Both the position numbers and the translations under genes were made by a program. The notes below the pieces were generated by a model, which had not been told where the DNA came from, did no database searches, and saw only the letters and a program-made list of their open reading frames with translations. A stretch of 64,000 bases of DNA, from positions 1,696,001-1,760,000 of the forward strand of contig OZ242260.1 of the NCBI GenBank assembly GCA_965207065.1, written 5' to 3'. Source of the stretch: a bacterium (GTDB lineage Bacteria; UBA8248). Shown here one piece after another: positions 20,759 to 30,985 of the stretch; within the stretch, counting starts at the first letter, position 1, and every line of letters starts with the position of its first letter.

Positions 20759-21241
20759 TCATGCCGACTCGCCGCTCGTGCGCGCTACCAGAGTCCGAAG
20801 CGCCTCGCGGCTCTCGGTTTGCGCTTCAATCGATTCGCGCAACGCCTTGCGGCCCTCTGCCTGGCTGTCTATCAGCGCCCGCAACGAGGCCATTCTTTCA
20901 TTGTGCCTGCTTTTTGATTCTTCCCGCCCGCTCTGAATTTCCGCCATTCTATCCTGATGCCTGCGCTCTGAGTCAGCATCTTTACGTCGTGATTCTTCCA
21001 ACACCTGCTGATGCCTGTGTTCTGATTCCTCCTGCCGGCGCCGTGCCTCTTCCATCCACTCGTCGTGCTTTCGCTGCGATTCGGTCATCCTCTCGTTGTG
21101 CGTGCGCTCGGAAGTCGCCGCGCGCGTCTCCGCGCCCCGCGCCATCACGCGAATGCCGTGATGAATCAGCGCAAGGCCGCCGTATGCGGCGATGAGATTC
21201 AAATATGCGGCGAGCAGACTCAGGGACTCATACCTCGTCAT
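20759..21241 (-). CDS. hypothetical protein: N-terminal membrane anchor plus charged repetitive coiled coil
   Basis: Hydrophobic N-terminus followed by recurring R(R/K)H(N/D/Q)(E/D/Q)xM units. Confidence 0.55.
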   Translation of the reverse strand: MTRYESLSLLAAYLNLIAAYGGLALIHHGIRVMARGAETRAATSERTHNERMTESQRKHDEWMEEARRRQEESEHRHQQVLEESRRKDADSERRHQDRMAEIQSGREESKSRHNERMASLRALIDSQAEGRKALRESIEAQTESREALRTLVARTSGESA

Positions 21242-21386
21242 CCCACTTTTCCCCCTATTAGCGGATAAGCAGGCCCTGGTTTCTCCGTCCTCGCGCTCCC
21301 GAAGATTTCACCAATGGCCTTACGGTTCGGATGAACGGGTCCATTTTTCTAGCAGTCTACAGAACGGGCGCTTGCCTGTAAAGATT

Positions 21387-22571
21387 TCAGGCGGCGCTCA
21401 CGCGCGCGCGTCTTTTCTGCTCGGTGTGAATGAGCCAGGCGAGGCTCGTGGCGATGAGGCAGAGCAGGGAATAGAAGAGGAACGATTGCCTCAAGCCCAC
21501 GGCCTGGGCGATGAGTCCTCCCAGGAAGGGCGACATGACCGAGGCCGCCTCGTTCGCAGTGTACATGAGGCCGATGGCGCTGGTGCGGTTTTTCTCGCGA
21601 ACCACGCCGGTGGTGAGGGTGAGCATGAGGCTCTGGGAGGGGTTCAGGCACGCGCCCAGGAGCGCGAGCAGGCCGAAGAAGATGACTGCGGATTCGGCTT
21701 GCGACAAGAATGCGAGGGAGAGTGCGCTCGTCGCCATCATGAATAGGATGACGCGCGTCTCTTTCCTGGGGTCGGTGTATTTCCCCCATATCACGGCGAA
21801 GACCGTGCCGACCAGGAAATAGGCCGTGATGGCCCAGCCCACCTCGATGGTGCCCAGCCCCAGCCCCTCAGCCAGCAGCAGCGGCAGGAAGGTCATGATG
21901 CCCCTCAAGCCCATCACCCGGCAGGAGGAGAGCAGCGTCATCAGGATCATGAATTTATCGCCCAGAAGCTCGCTGAAAGTCGACTTGGCCTCCTTGGCCA
22001 TCGACTTCCGCTCGCTGGGCACGTCCTGAAACCGCAGCCAGATGAGGAGCGCGCACGCGATGCCCGGCAGCACGAAATACTGCGCCGCGGCGCGCCAGCT
22101 CGCGAGATAGACCGTGAGCCAGCCCATGGCTACAGGTGTGAGGATGCTGCCGAAATCGCCCCCCGCCTTGAAAAGCCCCATGGCGAGGCCGCGGTTTCTG
22201 GGGCTTTCTGCGGCGATCATCGAGACCGCCGCGGGGTGATAGGCCGAACAGCCCAGTCCACTCAGGAAGACGAAGGTGAGGAGCGCCGCGTAGGTGGTCG
22301 AATAGCCGTAGAACCAGGCGGGCAGTGCGTTGAAGAGGAGCGAGAACCCCAGAATGAGGCGTGTTCTACCGGTGAAATCCCCCAGAAAGGAAATCGGCAG
22401 CTGAAACAGGCTGCTCGATAAGGCGTAGACGGAGGCGATGAGGCCCGTCTGCGCGTAGTTCAGCCCGAAATCCGCCATGATGAGCGGGAGGATGGGCGTC
22501 AGAATCCGGTTGTAGAGCGAGTTCACCGAATGGCTCGACGCGATGATGAGGATGTTGGCGCGTGCGCTCAT
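21387..22571 (-). CDS. MFS transporter (Fsr-like)
   Basis: About 12 hydrophobic segments; GLGCSAYHP and RGLAMGLF. Confidence 0.85.
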   Translation of the reverse strand: MSARANILIIASSHSVNSLYNRILTPILPLIMADFGLNYAQTGLIASVYALSSSLFQLPISFLGDFTGRTRLILGFSLLFNALPAWFYGYSTTYAALLTFVFLSGLGCSAYHPAAVSMIAAESPRNRGLAMGLFKAGGDFGSILTPVAMGWLTVYLASWRAAAQYFVLPGIACALLIWLRFQDVPSERKSMAKEAKSTFSELLGDKFMILMTLLSSCRVMGLRGIMTFLPLLLAEGLGLGTIEVGWAITAYFLVGTVFAVIWGKYTDPRKETRVILFMMATSALSLAFLSQAESAVIFFGLLALLGACLNPSQSLMLTLTTGVVREKNRTSAIGLMYTANEAASVMSPFLGGLIAQAVGLRQSFLFYSLLCLIATSLAWLIHTEQKRRARVSAA

Positions 22572-22671
22572 GCGGATTCCAGGGTGGGGGAATGGTTGAA
22601 CGATGAAGCCGCGCCATTCATACCATCAAACGGCGGGCGCGGGGAAGTGGAAGCCCCTTTCGACTGGAAAA

Positions 22672-22817
22672 GCACCCCCCCCTACCCCCCCTTGTCAGGG
22701 GTCAATTCCGACCGAGGAGGGAGGAATTGCAAGCCGATGCGTTTCCCGCCAATGGCTTATGCAAACGCTCGTTCCTCACTCGCGTTTGACCCCTGACAAG
22801 GGGAGTAGGGGGGGTGC
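22672..22817. repeat. inverted-repeat element
   Basis: CCCCCTACCCCCCCTTGTCAGGGGTCAA ... TTGACCCCTGACAAGGGGAGTAGGGGG; a related arm occurs near 32962-32990. Confidence 0.65.
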
Positions 22818-23027
22818 CATTACCCACTCAAGGACTTTTTCATCGGGCATTTCCCTCGGGATGCCCCGACCCCTCAATGGGGGAGTGAAATCTAGCTTGC
22901 GCCTTCTGAGGGGTTCTTCAACAATCCCGCGCGCGCTCACGATACGCCGGGGGTATGATATGCTGTCGAAGAACATGCGATGATCACGACAATCGCCCGG
23001 GAACGAAGCGCGAAGGGGTATAATCGC

Positions 23028-24650
23028 GTGAAATTGAAATACGATTTCGATACGCTTCGGGGAGACCTTTTCGGGGGCGTCACCGCCATGGTGGTGGCCT
23101 TGCCGCTGTCTCTGGCCTACGGCGTGGCGTCCGGCATGGGGGCTGCGGCGGGGCTGTACGGCGCGATTGCGGTGGGCTTTTTCGCGGCCGTCTTCGGCGG
23201 AACGGCGACCCAGATTTCCGGCCCCACCGCGCCGATGGCCATCGTGATGGCGGTCGTCATCTCTACGTATGCGAAAGATCTCACCGAAGCCCTGACGGTC
23301 GTCGTGATGGGGGGTCTCCTGCAAGCCCTCCTGGGCGTATTGAAGCTCGGCCGCTTCGTGGCCTACACGCCGTATGTGGTCGTCTCGGGCTTCATGTCCG
23401 GGATCGGCGTCCTCGTGATGGCGATTCAGGTGCTGCCATTTCTCGGCTCGGCGCCCGCGCCCGGTGGCGCCTTGGGCATGATTTTCGCGCTGCCCGAGGC
23501 GGTGCGCGACCTCAACCCGAGCGCTTTCGGGGTCGGGCTCGTCACGCTCGGCGTCGCGGTCTTCTGGCCGCCGCGGTTCCGGAAAATCCTGCCCACGCCC
23601 CTGGTGGGACTTTTCGCCGGCACGCTCATCGGCGTCTTGTGGCTGCACGATGCGCCCGTCATCGGGAGGGTGCCGACGGGTTTGCCGGGGCTGCAAATCG
23701 GGCTGCCCTCCCTGGGCTTTCTGGCGCACGCGGTGGAGCCCGCGCTCATTCTCGCCCTGATCGGCTCGGTGGTGAGCCTTCTCACCTGCCTGGTGGCCGA
23801 CTCGATGACCCGCACGAGCCACGACCCGGACCGCGAACTCATCGGCCAGGGCGTGGGCAACGCGGCGGCGGGCCTCATCGGCGGACTGCCCGGCGCAGGC
23901 ACCCCCGTCTACACCGTGCCGAACATACGCTCCGGCGGGCGGACCCGGGCGGCGGGTGCGATATTCGCGGTGTTCCTGCTGGCGATCCTGCTGGGCCTCG
24001 GGCCGTACGTGGAATCGATTCCGCTCGCCGCTCTCGCGGGCGTTCTGATCAAGGTGGGCTGGGACATCATCGACTGGGGTCTGCTCACCCGCCTCCAGCG
24101 CATCAAGCGAGAACACCTCTTCGTCCTCCTGACGACGCTGTTGCTCACGGTGTTCGTCGACCTGATAAGCGCCGTGGCGATAGGCCTCATCGTCGCGGGC
24201 CTGGCGCATGCGGGACAACTCGAGAACCTGGAACTCGACAGCGTTGTCTCCGTACCGCTGCTGGACCAGATGTTCCTCTACGAGGGAGAAGAAGTGGAAG
24301 GGGTCGACCCGTTCGAGGCGCGCGTCGGCATGGTGGCGCTCCGGGGGAGCTTCACCGTCGCGTCGTCCAAAAAGCTGGTACGGACGATAAGCCTCGACAT
24401 CAAGGATCATGAAGTCGTCATCTTCAATTTCACGGACGCCACCTACATCGACGACAGCGCCGCCATGGTCATCAAGCAACTCATCGAAGTCGCCACCGAA
24501 GAGGATACTGAGTCCATCGTCATCGGGCTTTCGGGCGACGTGGCGGAGACCCTCGATGCGCTCGACGTCCTGCGCGAGGTGCCGGATGAGCGAATCGTGG
24601 AGAACCTGGACCAGGCGCGAGAGATCGCGAAGCCTCTCGTGGGGGTTTGA
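23028..24650 (+). CDS. SulP family anion transporter with STAS domain
   Basis: GDLFGGVTAMVVALP, SGPTAPM, ELIGQG and FTDATYIDDS (STAS). GTG 23028 chosen by alignment with the paralogue. Confidence 0.88.
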   Translation: MKLKYDFDTLRGDLFGGVTAMVVALPLSLAYGVASGMGAAAGLYGAIAVGFFAAVFGGTATQISGPTAPMAIVMAVVISTYAKDLTEALTVVVMGGLLQALLGVLKLGRFVAYTPYVVVSGFMSGIGVLVMAIQVLPFLGSAPAPGGALGMIFALPEAVRDLNPSAFGVGLVTLGVAVFWPPRFRKILPTPLVGLFAGTLIGVLWLHDAPVIGRVPTGLPGLQIGLPSLGFLAHAVEPALILALIGSVVSLLTCLVADSMTRTSHDPDRELIGQGVGNAAAGLIGGLPGAGTPVYTVPNIRSGGRTRAAGAIFAVFLLAILLGLGPYVESIPLAALAGVLIKVGWDIIDWGLLTRLQRIKREHLFVLLTTLLLTVFVDLISAVAIGLIVAGLAHAGQLENLELDSVVSVPLLDQMFLYEGEEVEGVDPFEARVGMVALRGSFTVASSKKLVRTISLDIKDHEVVIFNFTDATYIDDSAAMVIKQLIEVATEEDTESIVIGLSGDVAETLDALDVLREVPDERIVENLDQAREIAKPLVGV

Positions 24651-24690
24651 GGCGTAGGATGCGTCGTATGATGGAAAAGGGTTTCCTCCC

Positions 24691-26307
24691 GTGAACTACG
24701 ATCTCCAGACGCTTCGCGGAGACGTCTACGGCGGCCTCACCTCGACGGTGGTTGCGCTTCCCTTCGCGCTCTCTTTCGGCGTGGCCTCAGGCCTGGGCGC
24801 GGCGGCGGGCCTCTATGGCGCGATAGCGCTCGGTTTTTTCGCGGCGATCTTCGGCGGCTCGCGAGCCGTCATCTCGGGACCTGCGCCTTCGATGACCGTC
24901 GCCATGGCGGTCATCGTCACCACCCACGCAACGAACTTGGCCGAAGCCCTGAGCGTGGTCGTTCTGGGCGGCCTTCTGCAGGTGCTACTGGGCGCGCTGG
25001 GCGCCGGGCGCTTCGTGGTCTACACGCCCCACGTGGTCGTCTCGGGCTTCATGTCCGGCATCGGCGTCATCATCATGGCGATCGAGGCCTTGCCCTTTCT
25101 CGGCGCGCCGCCCGCGCCGGGGGGCTTCATGGGCGCAATCCGCGCGCTCCCCGAGGCGCTGGCCGGGATCAACGCGGACGCCTTGGGCGTCGGCGCCGCC
25201 GCGCTTGCCGCCTTCGCCTTCTGGCCGCGCCGCTACGCGAGGTTTTTGCCTCCTCCTCTTATGGCGCTCGTGGTCGGCTGGCTTCTGGGCGTCTTCTGGC
25301 TGAGCGACGCGCCCACCATCGGGCGGATGCCGACGGGGCTTCCGGGACTGGAACTGGGTTTGCCCTCCGCCGGTTTCCTGGCAGGCGCCCTGCAACCGGC
25401 GATCGTCCTCGCCCTTCTGGGCTCCATCGACAGCCTTCTCGCCGCCCTGGTGGCCGACTCGCTCACCGGCTCGCGCCACAACCCGAGCCGCGAACTGGTG
25501 GGGCAGGGCATCGGCAACGTGGCCGCGGGCCTGATCGGCGGACTCCCCGGCGCCGGGGCCACCGTGAGCACGGTGACGAACATCCGCGCAGGCGGGCAGA
25601 CGCGGGTTTCGGGCGTACTTCGCGCCGTGCTGCTGCTGGCGCTCCTGCTCGGTCTCGGTCGGTACGTCGAGTCGATTCCGCTCGCCGCTCTGGCGGGCGT
25701 TCTGATGAAGGTGGGCTGGGACATCGTCGACTGGCGGCTGCTCGCGCGGGTGCGCCACATCCGGCGCGAGCATCTCTTCGTCATGCTGATGACGCTCGGC
25801 CTCACGGTGTTCGTCGATCTGCTGACCGCCGTGGCGATAGGCCTCATCGCCGCTGGAATGGCCCACGCGAAACATCTCGAGCGCCTCGAGATCGACAACG
25901 TGGTCTCCGTGCCGATGCTGGATCACATATTCCTTGGTGAACTTCAAGATGCGGCCTCGGTGAACCCGTATGCCGCGCGCGTCGGCCTGGTGGGGCTCCG
26001 GGGGAGCTTCACCGTCGCCTCATCCCATGAGCTGGTCGCGGCCATCAGCGCGGACATCAAGGATCACGAAGTCGTCATCTTCGATTTTTCGGGCGCCACC
26101 TATCTCGATGACAGCGCGGCTATGCTCATCAGGCGGCTCATGGACATCGCCGCGCAGGAGCGCACCGCGTTCATCGTGATGGGCCTCGGGGGCGACGTCG
26201 CGCACACCCTCCGCGCGTTCGACGTTCTGCGCGACGCGCCCGGGGAGCGCATCGTCGAGACCCTGGAGGAGGCGCGCGAAACCGCGAAGAAGATCCTGGG
26301 GGTGTAG
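24691..26307 (+). CDS. SulP family anion transporter, tandem paralogue
   Basis: Same motifs; near-identical DNA blocks shared with the upstream copy. Confidence 0.9.
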   Translation: MNYDLQTLRGDVYGGLTSTVVALPFALSFGVASGLGAAAGLYGAIALGFFAAIFGGSRAVISGPAPSMTVAMAVIVTTHATNLAEALSVVVLGGLLQVLLGALGAGRFVVYTPHVVVSGFMSGIGVIIMAIEALPFLGAPPAPGGFMGAIRALPEALAGINADALGVGAAALAAFAFWPRRYARFLPPPLMALVVGWLLGVFWLSDAPTIGRMPTGLPGLELGLPSAGFLAGALQPAIVLALLGSIDSLLAALVADSLTGSRHNPSRELVGQGIGNVAAGLIGGLPGAGATVSTVTNIRAGGQTRVSGVLRAVLLLALLLGLGRYVESIPLAALAGVLMKVGWDIVDWRLLARVRHIRREHLFVMLMTLGLTVFVDLLTAVAIGLIAAGMAHAKHLERLEIDNVVSVPMLDHIFLGELQDAASVNPYAARVGLVGLRGSFTVASSHELVAAISADIKDHEVVIFDFSGATYLDDSAAMLIRRLMDIAAQERTAFIVMGLGGDVAHTLRAFDVLRDAPGERIVETLEEARETAKKILGV

Positions 26308-26343
26308 GGGGGGGGGTGAGCGGCGGTTGGATCGCTTGAGTTT

Positions 26344-26697
26344 TCAGGCGGAGACGGCGTCTTTTGGCGGACTCGCCGGCTCGATCCCGGGCAGAATGTC
26401 GATGAGTTCACGCTTGGCCGCTTCGAGGTCGCAGGTCATCTGCATGCGCAGCCACAATTTCGCCGCCTCGTCGTCCTTGCCGCACAGCCGGGTGAAACGA
26501 AGCGCCAGGTTCGGCGTAACACGCTCGGGAGCCTTCTCGCGGATGACGGCGTGGAGCCGCTGACGGGAGATACCCATGCGCTTTGCAGCTTCGCTGACGC
26601 TCAGCCCGAGTCCTTCCTTGAGAATCGCGCCCCAGGCCTCGCCCGGGTGAGAGACCCGCATGCCGCGCTCGCCAGCGGGAAGGTCTTTATTACTCAT
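26344..26697 (-). CDS. higA: HigA family antitoxin
   Basis: SHPGE..GLSVSEAAKRMGISRQRL..VTPNLALR..LWLRMQ; its ATG overlaps the toxin TGA (TGATG). Confidence 0.85.
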   Translation of the reverse strand: MSNKDLPAGERGMRVSHPGEAWGAILKEGLGLSVSEAAKRMGISRQRLHAVIREKAPERVTPNLALRFTRLCGKDDEAAKLWLRMQMTCDLEAAKRELIDILPGIEPASPPKDAVSA

Positions 26698-26978
26698 CAG
26701 TGATAGTCCTCCAGATCGACGCGGAAGGCCGCGCCGTCGTCTTCGCTCCATTCGAACGTGAGCCGCCAATTTGCAGTTACGCGCACGGCGTATCGCTTCG
26801 GCTCACCTTGGAGCGGATGATACCCGAAGCCGGGTTGATCCATATCTTCAGGACGGTTCGAAACGTCGAGAACATTCAAAAGCAACCTTACCCGCTTCCT
26901 CATGTTGGCGTTGATACGGGAATCGTCGTCCCGCTCCCAAAGACGCTTCAACGCCCGTTCCCTGAAACTCTTGATCAT
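26697..26978 (-). CDS. higB: HigB toxin (RelE/ParE family)
   Basis: MIKSF..., HPLQG..YAVRVTANWRLTF...DLEDYH. Confidence 0.9.
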   Translation of the reverse strand: MIKSFRERALKRLWERDDDSRINANMRKRVRLLLNVLDVSNRPEDMDQPGFGYHPLQGEPKRYAVRVTANWRLTFEWSEDDGAAFRVDLEDYH

Positions 26979-27177
26979 AGGTGCAATTTTAGTGCGCCAC
27001 GCCTACTGTGTCAACTAAAGCATTACACTTCCGGTGTGTCAAATGGGAAGGGCGCCATCTCAATGACGAATGAACCTGCTCGTTCCTGACCCCTCTCATC
27101 AAAGCAGAGACTTCATCCGTGGAGCAGCGTGGCGTCTCTTCTTCATTGCATTCGGGCGATGCCCCCCGTGGAGCGAC

Positions 27178-27306
27178 TCAAACCGGCGAGGTTTCGTCGC
27201 CTTGGCCCAAGGCGCGCTGGATGATCACGCAGTCGAGCCATCGGCCGTGCTTGAAACCGACCGATGGCAGAACGCCGACGAGCCGGAATCCGGCGCGCCC
27301 GTGCAG
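27178..27306 (-). pseudogene. 3' fragment of the GNAT gene at 34578-35126, in inverted orientation
   Basis: LHGRAGFRLVGVLPSVGFKHGRWLDCVIIQRALGQGDETSPV*, 35/42 aa identical to the intact C-terminus (34998-35126). Confidence 0.85.
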
Positions 27307-27412
27307 CGTGTTAAAGGCCGCCCTCCGCGCTGACGCCGGTCGAGAGGACGAAACGGCTCATAGCGGCGGAACCACCCGCCAGGCCGCTCGCAGCCTACGT
27401 TTCATTCATAGG

Positions 27413-28171
27413 TCATGCCAGAGGGATCATATAGCGCCGCATGAGCCTGTGGATGGTCATCCGGAAGAGCTGGTCGGTGATGAGGCCGAACGTGCCCAGC
27501 ATCAAGAAGCCGACGAACATCTCGGCGGGTGCGATGATGTTCGTGCTCTGCATGATGAGGAAGCCGATTCCCTGATCGGCGGCCAGCATCTCCGCGGCCA
27601 CGACGCCCATGAAGGAAAAGCCCAGCGCGATCCGCAGCCCGGTGAGGATGTGGGGCCATGCCGACGGCAGGACGATGCGCATGAAGACGTCTTGTTTGCG
27701 CGCGCCCAGGCAAAGGGCGGCACGCACCCGGATCTGGGGGGTGGAGGCCACCCCGGCCGCGGTGTTGAACAGCACCGCGATCCCCGCGGCGTAGGAGATG
27801 ATGAAGTATTTTCCGATCTCGCCGATCCCGAAGATCGAGACGACCAGCGGAATGAGGGCCACCGGCGGGATGTTCCGGCAGAACTCCAGGGGTGGCTCGA
27901 TGAGGTCCCGGGCCAGGCGAATCGCCCCGGTCGCCACCCCGACCGTGATCCCGATGACGCAGCCCAGGGCGTAGCCTAAGACGATGCGCCCAAGGCTCGC
28001 CCCGAGGTGGGCGAACAGCTCGGTGTTCCAGATCATCTCGGCGAGTTTCCCGGCCACCGAGACGGGCGAGGGAACGATCGCAGCCTCGAAGAAGGTCCCG
28101 CTCGTCATCCACCAGACCCCGACGAACACCAGGACCGAAACCGACAGCCTCGCCAGCTTTCCCGCATTCAT
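27413..28171 (-). CDS. NitT/TauT ABC permease
   Basis: Starts MNAGKLARL at 28171 after GGGAGG; RNIPPVALIP and RAALCLGA. Confidence 0.87.
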   Translation of the reverse strand: MNAGKLARLSVSVLVFVGVWWMTSGTFFEAAIVPSPVSVAGKLAEMIWNTELFAHLGASLGRIVLGYALGCVIGITVGVATGAIRLARDLIEPPLEFCRNIPPVALIPLVVSIFGIGEIGKYFIISYAAGIAVLFNTAAGVASTPQIRVRAALCLGARKQDVFMRIVLPSAWPHILTGLRIALGFSFMGVVAAEMLAADQGIGFLIMQSTNIIAPAEMFVGFLMLGTFGLITDQLFRMTIHRLMRRYMIPLA

Positions 28172-28194
28172 TCGTCCCGACCTCCCTTTCCGCC

Positions 28195-28962
28195 TCAGTC
28201 GAACGCTGCCGTCTGCAGCATGTAGCGACGCATGAGCCTTCCGATGGTGAACTGGAAGGCGCGATCCGTCACGAGCCCGATCAGGCCCAGCAGGAACAGA
28301 CCCGAGAACATCTGCTCGGGAAGCAGCATGTTCCGGCTTTGCATGATGAGGTAGCCCACGCCGGTCTCGGCCGCGATCATCTCCGCGGCCACCACGCCCA
28401 TGAACGCGAAGCCGAGCGCGACCCGCAGCCCGGTGAGGATGAACGGCCAGGCCGAGGGCAGCACCACGCGCGCGAAGATGTCCCAACGCCCCGCTCCCAG
28501 GCACATGGCCGCGCGGACGCGAATCTGGGGGGTGGACGCCACTCCTGCTGCGGTGTTGAAGACGACCGGAATGATGGTCGAATAGATGATGACGAAATAC
28601 TTGCTGGGCTCCTCCAGGCCAAAGGCGTTCACCGCCAGCGGAATGATGGCGACCGGCGTAATGTTGCGCACGAACTGAAGGGGGGGCTCGAGCATGTCCT
28701 CGGCAATCCGGATCCGCGCAACGGCGACACCCGTGAGAATCCCCAGGACGGAACCGAACGCATAACCGACGATCACGCGCCGGAGGCTGGCCCAGGCGTG
28801 AAAGAGTATCTCGCCGTCCGCCGTCATCTCCCAGAGGTTCACGGCGACCTTGTGCGGCGGGGGCACCAGGATCGGGTTGAAGATGGTGCCGCTGCTCAGC
28901 CACCACAGGGCGAGCGCCCCGACGACCGACAGCGCTCTCAGAAAAAACTTCCGGGGGTTCAC
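28195..28962 (-). CDS. NitT/TauT ABC permease
   Basis: RNITPVAIIP and RAAMCLGA. Confidence 0.87.
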   Translation of the reverse strand: MNPRKFFLRALSVVGALALWWLSSGTIFNPILVPPPHKVAVNLWEMTADGEILFHAWASLRRVIVGYAFGSVLGILTGVAVARIRIAEDMLEPPLQFVRNITPVAIIPLAVNAFGLEEPSKYFVIIYSTIIPVVFNTAAGVASTPQIRVRAAMCLGAGRWDIFARVVLPSAWPFILTGLRVALGFAFMGVVAAEMIAAETGVGYLIMQSRNMLLPEQMFSGLFLLGLIGLVTDRAFQFTIGRLMRRYMLQTAAFD

Positions 28963-29744
28963 CGGGCGCGCATCCTCTGCACTTCTTCGTCGATGAGCGA
29001 CTCGACCCGGCTGTACATGGCGGCGAAATCGGGATTAGACGGTGAGCGGGGCTCTTTCAGGTCGAGCTGAAAGACCTCCTTGATCCCCGCCTCCGGACCG
29101 GCCGTCATCACCGCCAGGTGGGTGCTCAGGAGAAGCGCCTCGAAGATGTCGTGGGTGATGTAGAAAATGGTCTTGCCCGTCTCGTCCCAGATTTTGCGGA
29201 ATTCAATCTGAAGGTGTTTCTTCGTGATCGCGTCCAGCGCCGCGAAAGGCTCGTCCATGAGGAGGATGTCCGGGTCGTTCGCGAGCGCGCGGGCAATCTG
29301 GATGCGCTGCTTCATCCCGCCCGAAAGCTCGAAGGGAAACTTCCCGCTATCGGCGTCGAGGCCCACGAGGCGGAGATACTTGTCGGCCCGCTCATTGCGC
29401 ACCTGGGCGCCGAGGCGGGCCATCTTCGGACCGAACTCCACGTTTTCGCGCGCGTTCATCCAGGGGAAGAGGGCGTTGCTGACGTCCTGGAAGATGACCG
29501 TCCTGTCCGTTCCGGGTGCGGTGACGGGGTTATCGTCGAGGGAAACGCTTCCGGTGGTAGCTTCCTCAAAGCCGGCGACAATGTTGAGGAGGGTGGATTT
29601 GCCGCACCCGCTCGGTCCGAGGAGGGTGAAGAAAGACCCCCGCTCCACTGTCAGGGTGACGTCCCGCAACACCTGCGCGACGCCCCCGTCGGCGCGGGTA
29701 AAATCCTTCCCCACGCCCTCCAGGCGTAAGACCCGCCAGCTCAC
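28959..29744 (-). CDS. NitT/TauT ABC ATP-binding protein
   Basis: GPSGCGKS, LSGGMKQR and MDEPFAALD. Confidence 0.9.
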   Translation of the reverse strand: MSWRVLRLEGVGKDFTRADGGVAQVLRDVTLTVERGSFFTLLGPSGCGKSTLLNIVAGFEEATTGSVSLDDNPVTAPGTDRTVIFQDVSNALFPWMNARENVEFGPKMARLGAQVRNERADKYLRLVGLDADSGKFPFELSGGMKQRIQIARALANDPDILLMDEPFAALDAITKKHLQIEFRKIWDETGKTIFYITHDIFEALLLSTHLAVMTAGPEAGIKEVFQLDLKEPRSPSNPDFAAMYSRVESLIDEEVQRMRAR

Positions 29745-29817
29745 TCCGCCTCCTCGTCCCCGCCCCCGGGCCGCTTGGCCGGCCGGAGGCGGGGAAAACC
29801 GCGTTATCTAACGGCGC

Positions 29818-30807
29818 CTACTTGATGAGCTTGGGGCTCACCGACTTCAGGCCCCGCGTGTCAAAGAGCGTGCTCCAGTTCACCTTGGCCTTGGACTTGC
29901 CCTTCGAGATCATGAAGTTGTTGAGACCGTCCATGTCCTTTCGAAACTGCGGCGTATAGGCTACGTCCATGTTCATGACCCGGATCATCCGCCTGGCCTT
30001 GTCCGCAGGGACTTTGAACTCCTTGCCCACGATCTTCGCCGCTTCGTCGACGTTCTTCGCGGAGAATTCGGCGCCCTGGATCGTCCCCTTGATCAGAGCC
30101 GTCACGGCGTCGAAGTCGTTCTCGATGAGGTCCTTGCGAGCGGACGTGACCATGTACTCGGTGAAGAAGCCCTTGCCCGTACTCAGGATGTGCACCTTGT
30201 CCGCTCCCGACACCTCGACCGACCGCCAGCCGAAGGGCTGCCAGATCGTAAAGCCGTCCAGGTCGCCCCGGTCGAGGGCGACGACCATCTCGGCCGGCTT
30301 GACGTTCTTGTACTTCACGTCGGAGAGCTTGACGCCATTGGCGTCGAGATACTTGGCCGCGAAGAACTCAGACGTCGTCCCCAGCCATACGCCCATCGTC
30401 TTGCCGATGAAATCCTTGGCGCCCTTGATCCCTTTCTTGGCGACCACCACCGAAAGCTCGGTGTAGTGCGCGGAGGGATGGAGCCCGACGATCTTGCCCT
30501 TGGTCTGGAGCCAGGTGCGTACGGCGGGCCAGTCCCCCGTGTTCACGAAGTCACCCCGCCCCGCGATGAACGACTGCGCGGCGACGCCGCCCGAGGTGAA
30601 TTTCTTGAGTTTCACGTTGAGACCCAGCTTCTTGTAGAACCCCTTGTGGACCGCAGTCACCATCGGCGCGAACTGGGGCGTGGAGCCGATGAGGTATGTG
30701 TACTGCGACTTCTTGGGAGCCGCCCACGAGGGAACGGCCACAGCCAAGGCGAATGCCGCCAGTAAAATCACCACAAACAAGCGTTTCCTGCTTTCCGTGT
30801 GACGCAT
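29818..30807 (-). CDS. NitT/TauT (SsuA-like) substrate-binding protein
   Basis: Signal peptide, FTSGG..GDWP and DGFTIWQP. Confidence 0.85.
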   Translation of the reverse strand: MRHTESRKRLFVVILLAAFALAVAVPSWAAPKKSQYTYLIGSTPQFAPMVTAVHKGFYKKLGLNVKLKKFTSGGVAAQSFIAGRGDFVNTGDWPAVRTWLQTKGKIVGLHPSAHYTELSVVVAKKGIKGAKDFIGKTMGVWLGTTSEFFAAKYLDANGVKLSDVKYKNVKPAEMVVALDRGDLDGFTIWQPFGWRSVEVSGADKVHILSTGKGFFTEYMVTSARKDLIENDFDAVTALIKGTIQGAEFSAKNVDEAAKIVGKEFKVPADKARRMIRVMNMDVAYTPQFRKDMDGLNNFMISKGKSKAKVNWSTLFDTRGLKSVSPKLIK

Positions 30808-30985
30808 TGCTCACCCTCCCTGTTGTGATAGCCTCGAAAAACGCACATCGCCCGGAACTTCCCCGGACGTTCGCGTGAAATCCAGTTTCCAGTCCTCCGG
30901 GCCGGACGCCGCGAGAAGTCCAACTGAATACCCCGGGGGAAAACCGTATCCCCTTCTACGCATTCGCCTTCCACCTCCCGCGGGG

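Noticed and set aside
28172-28906. N-terminal extension of the 497-aa track ORF
   Set aside because: It overlaps permease 28195-28962 in another frame; the real start is 28171.
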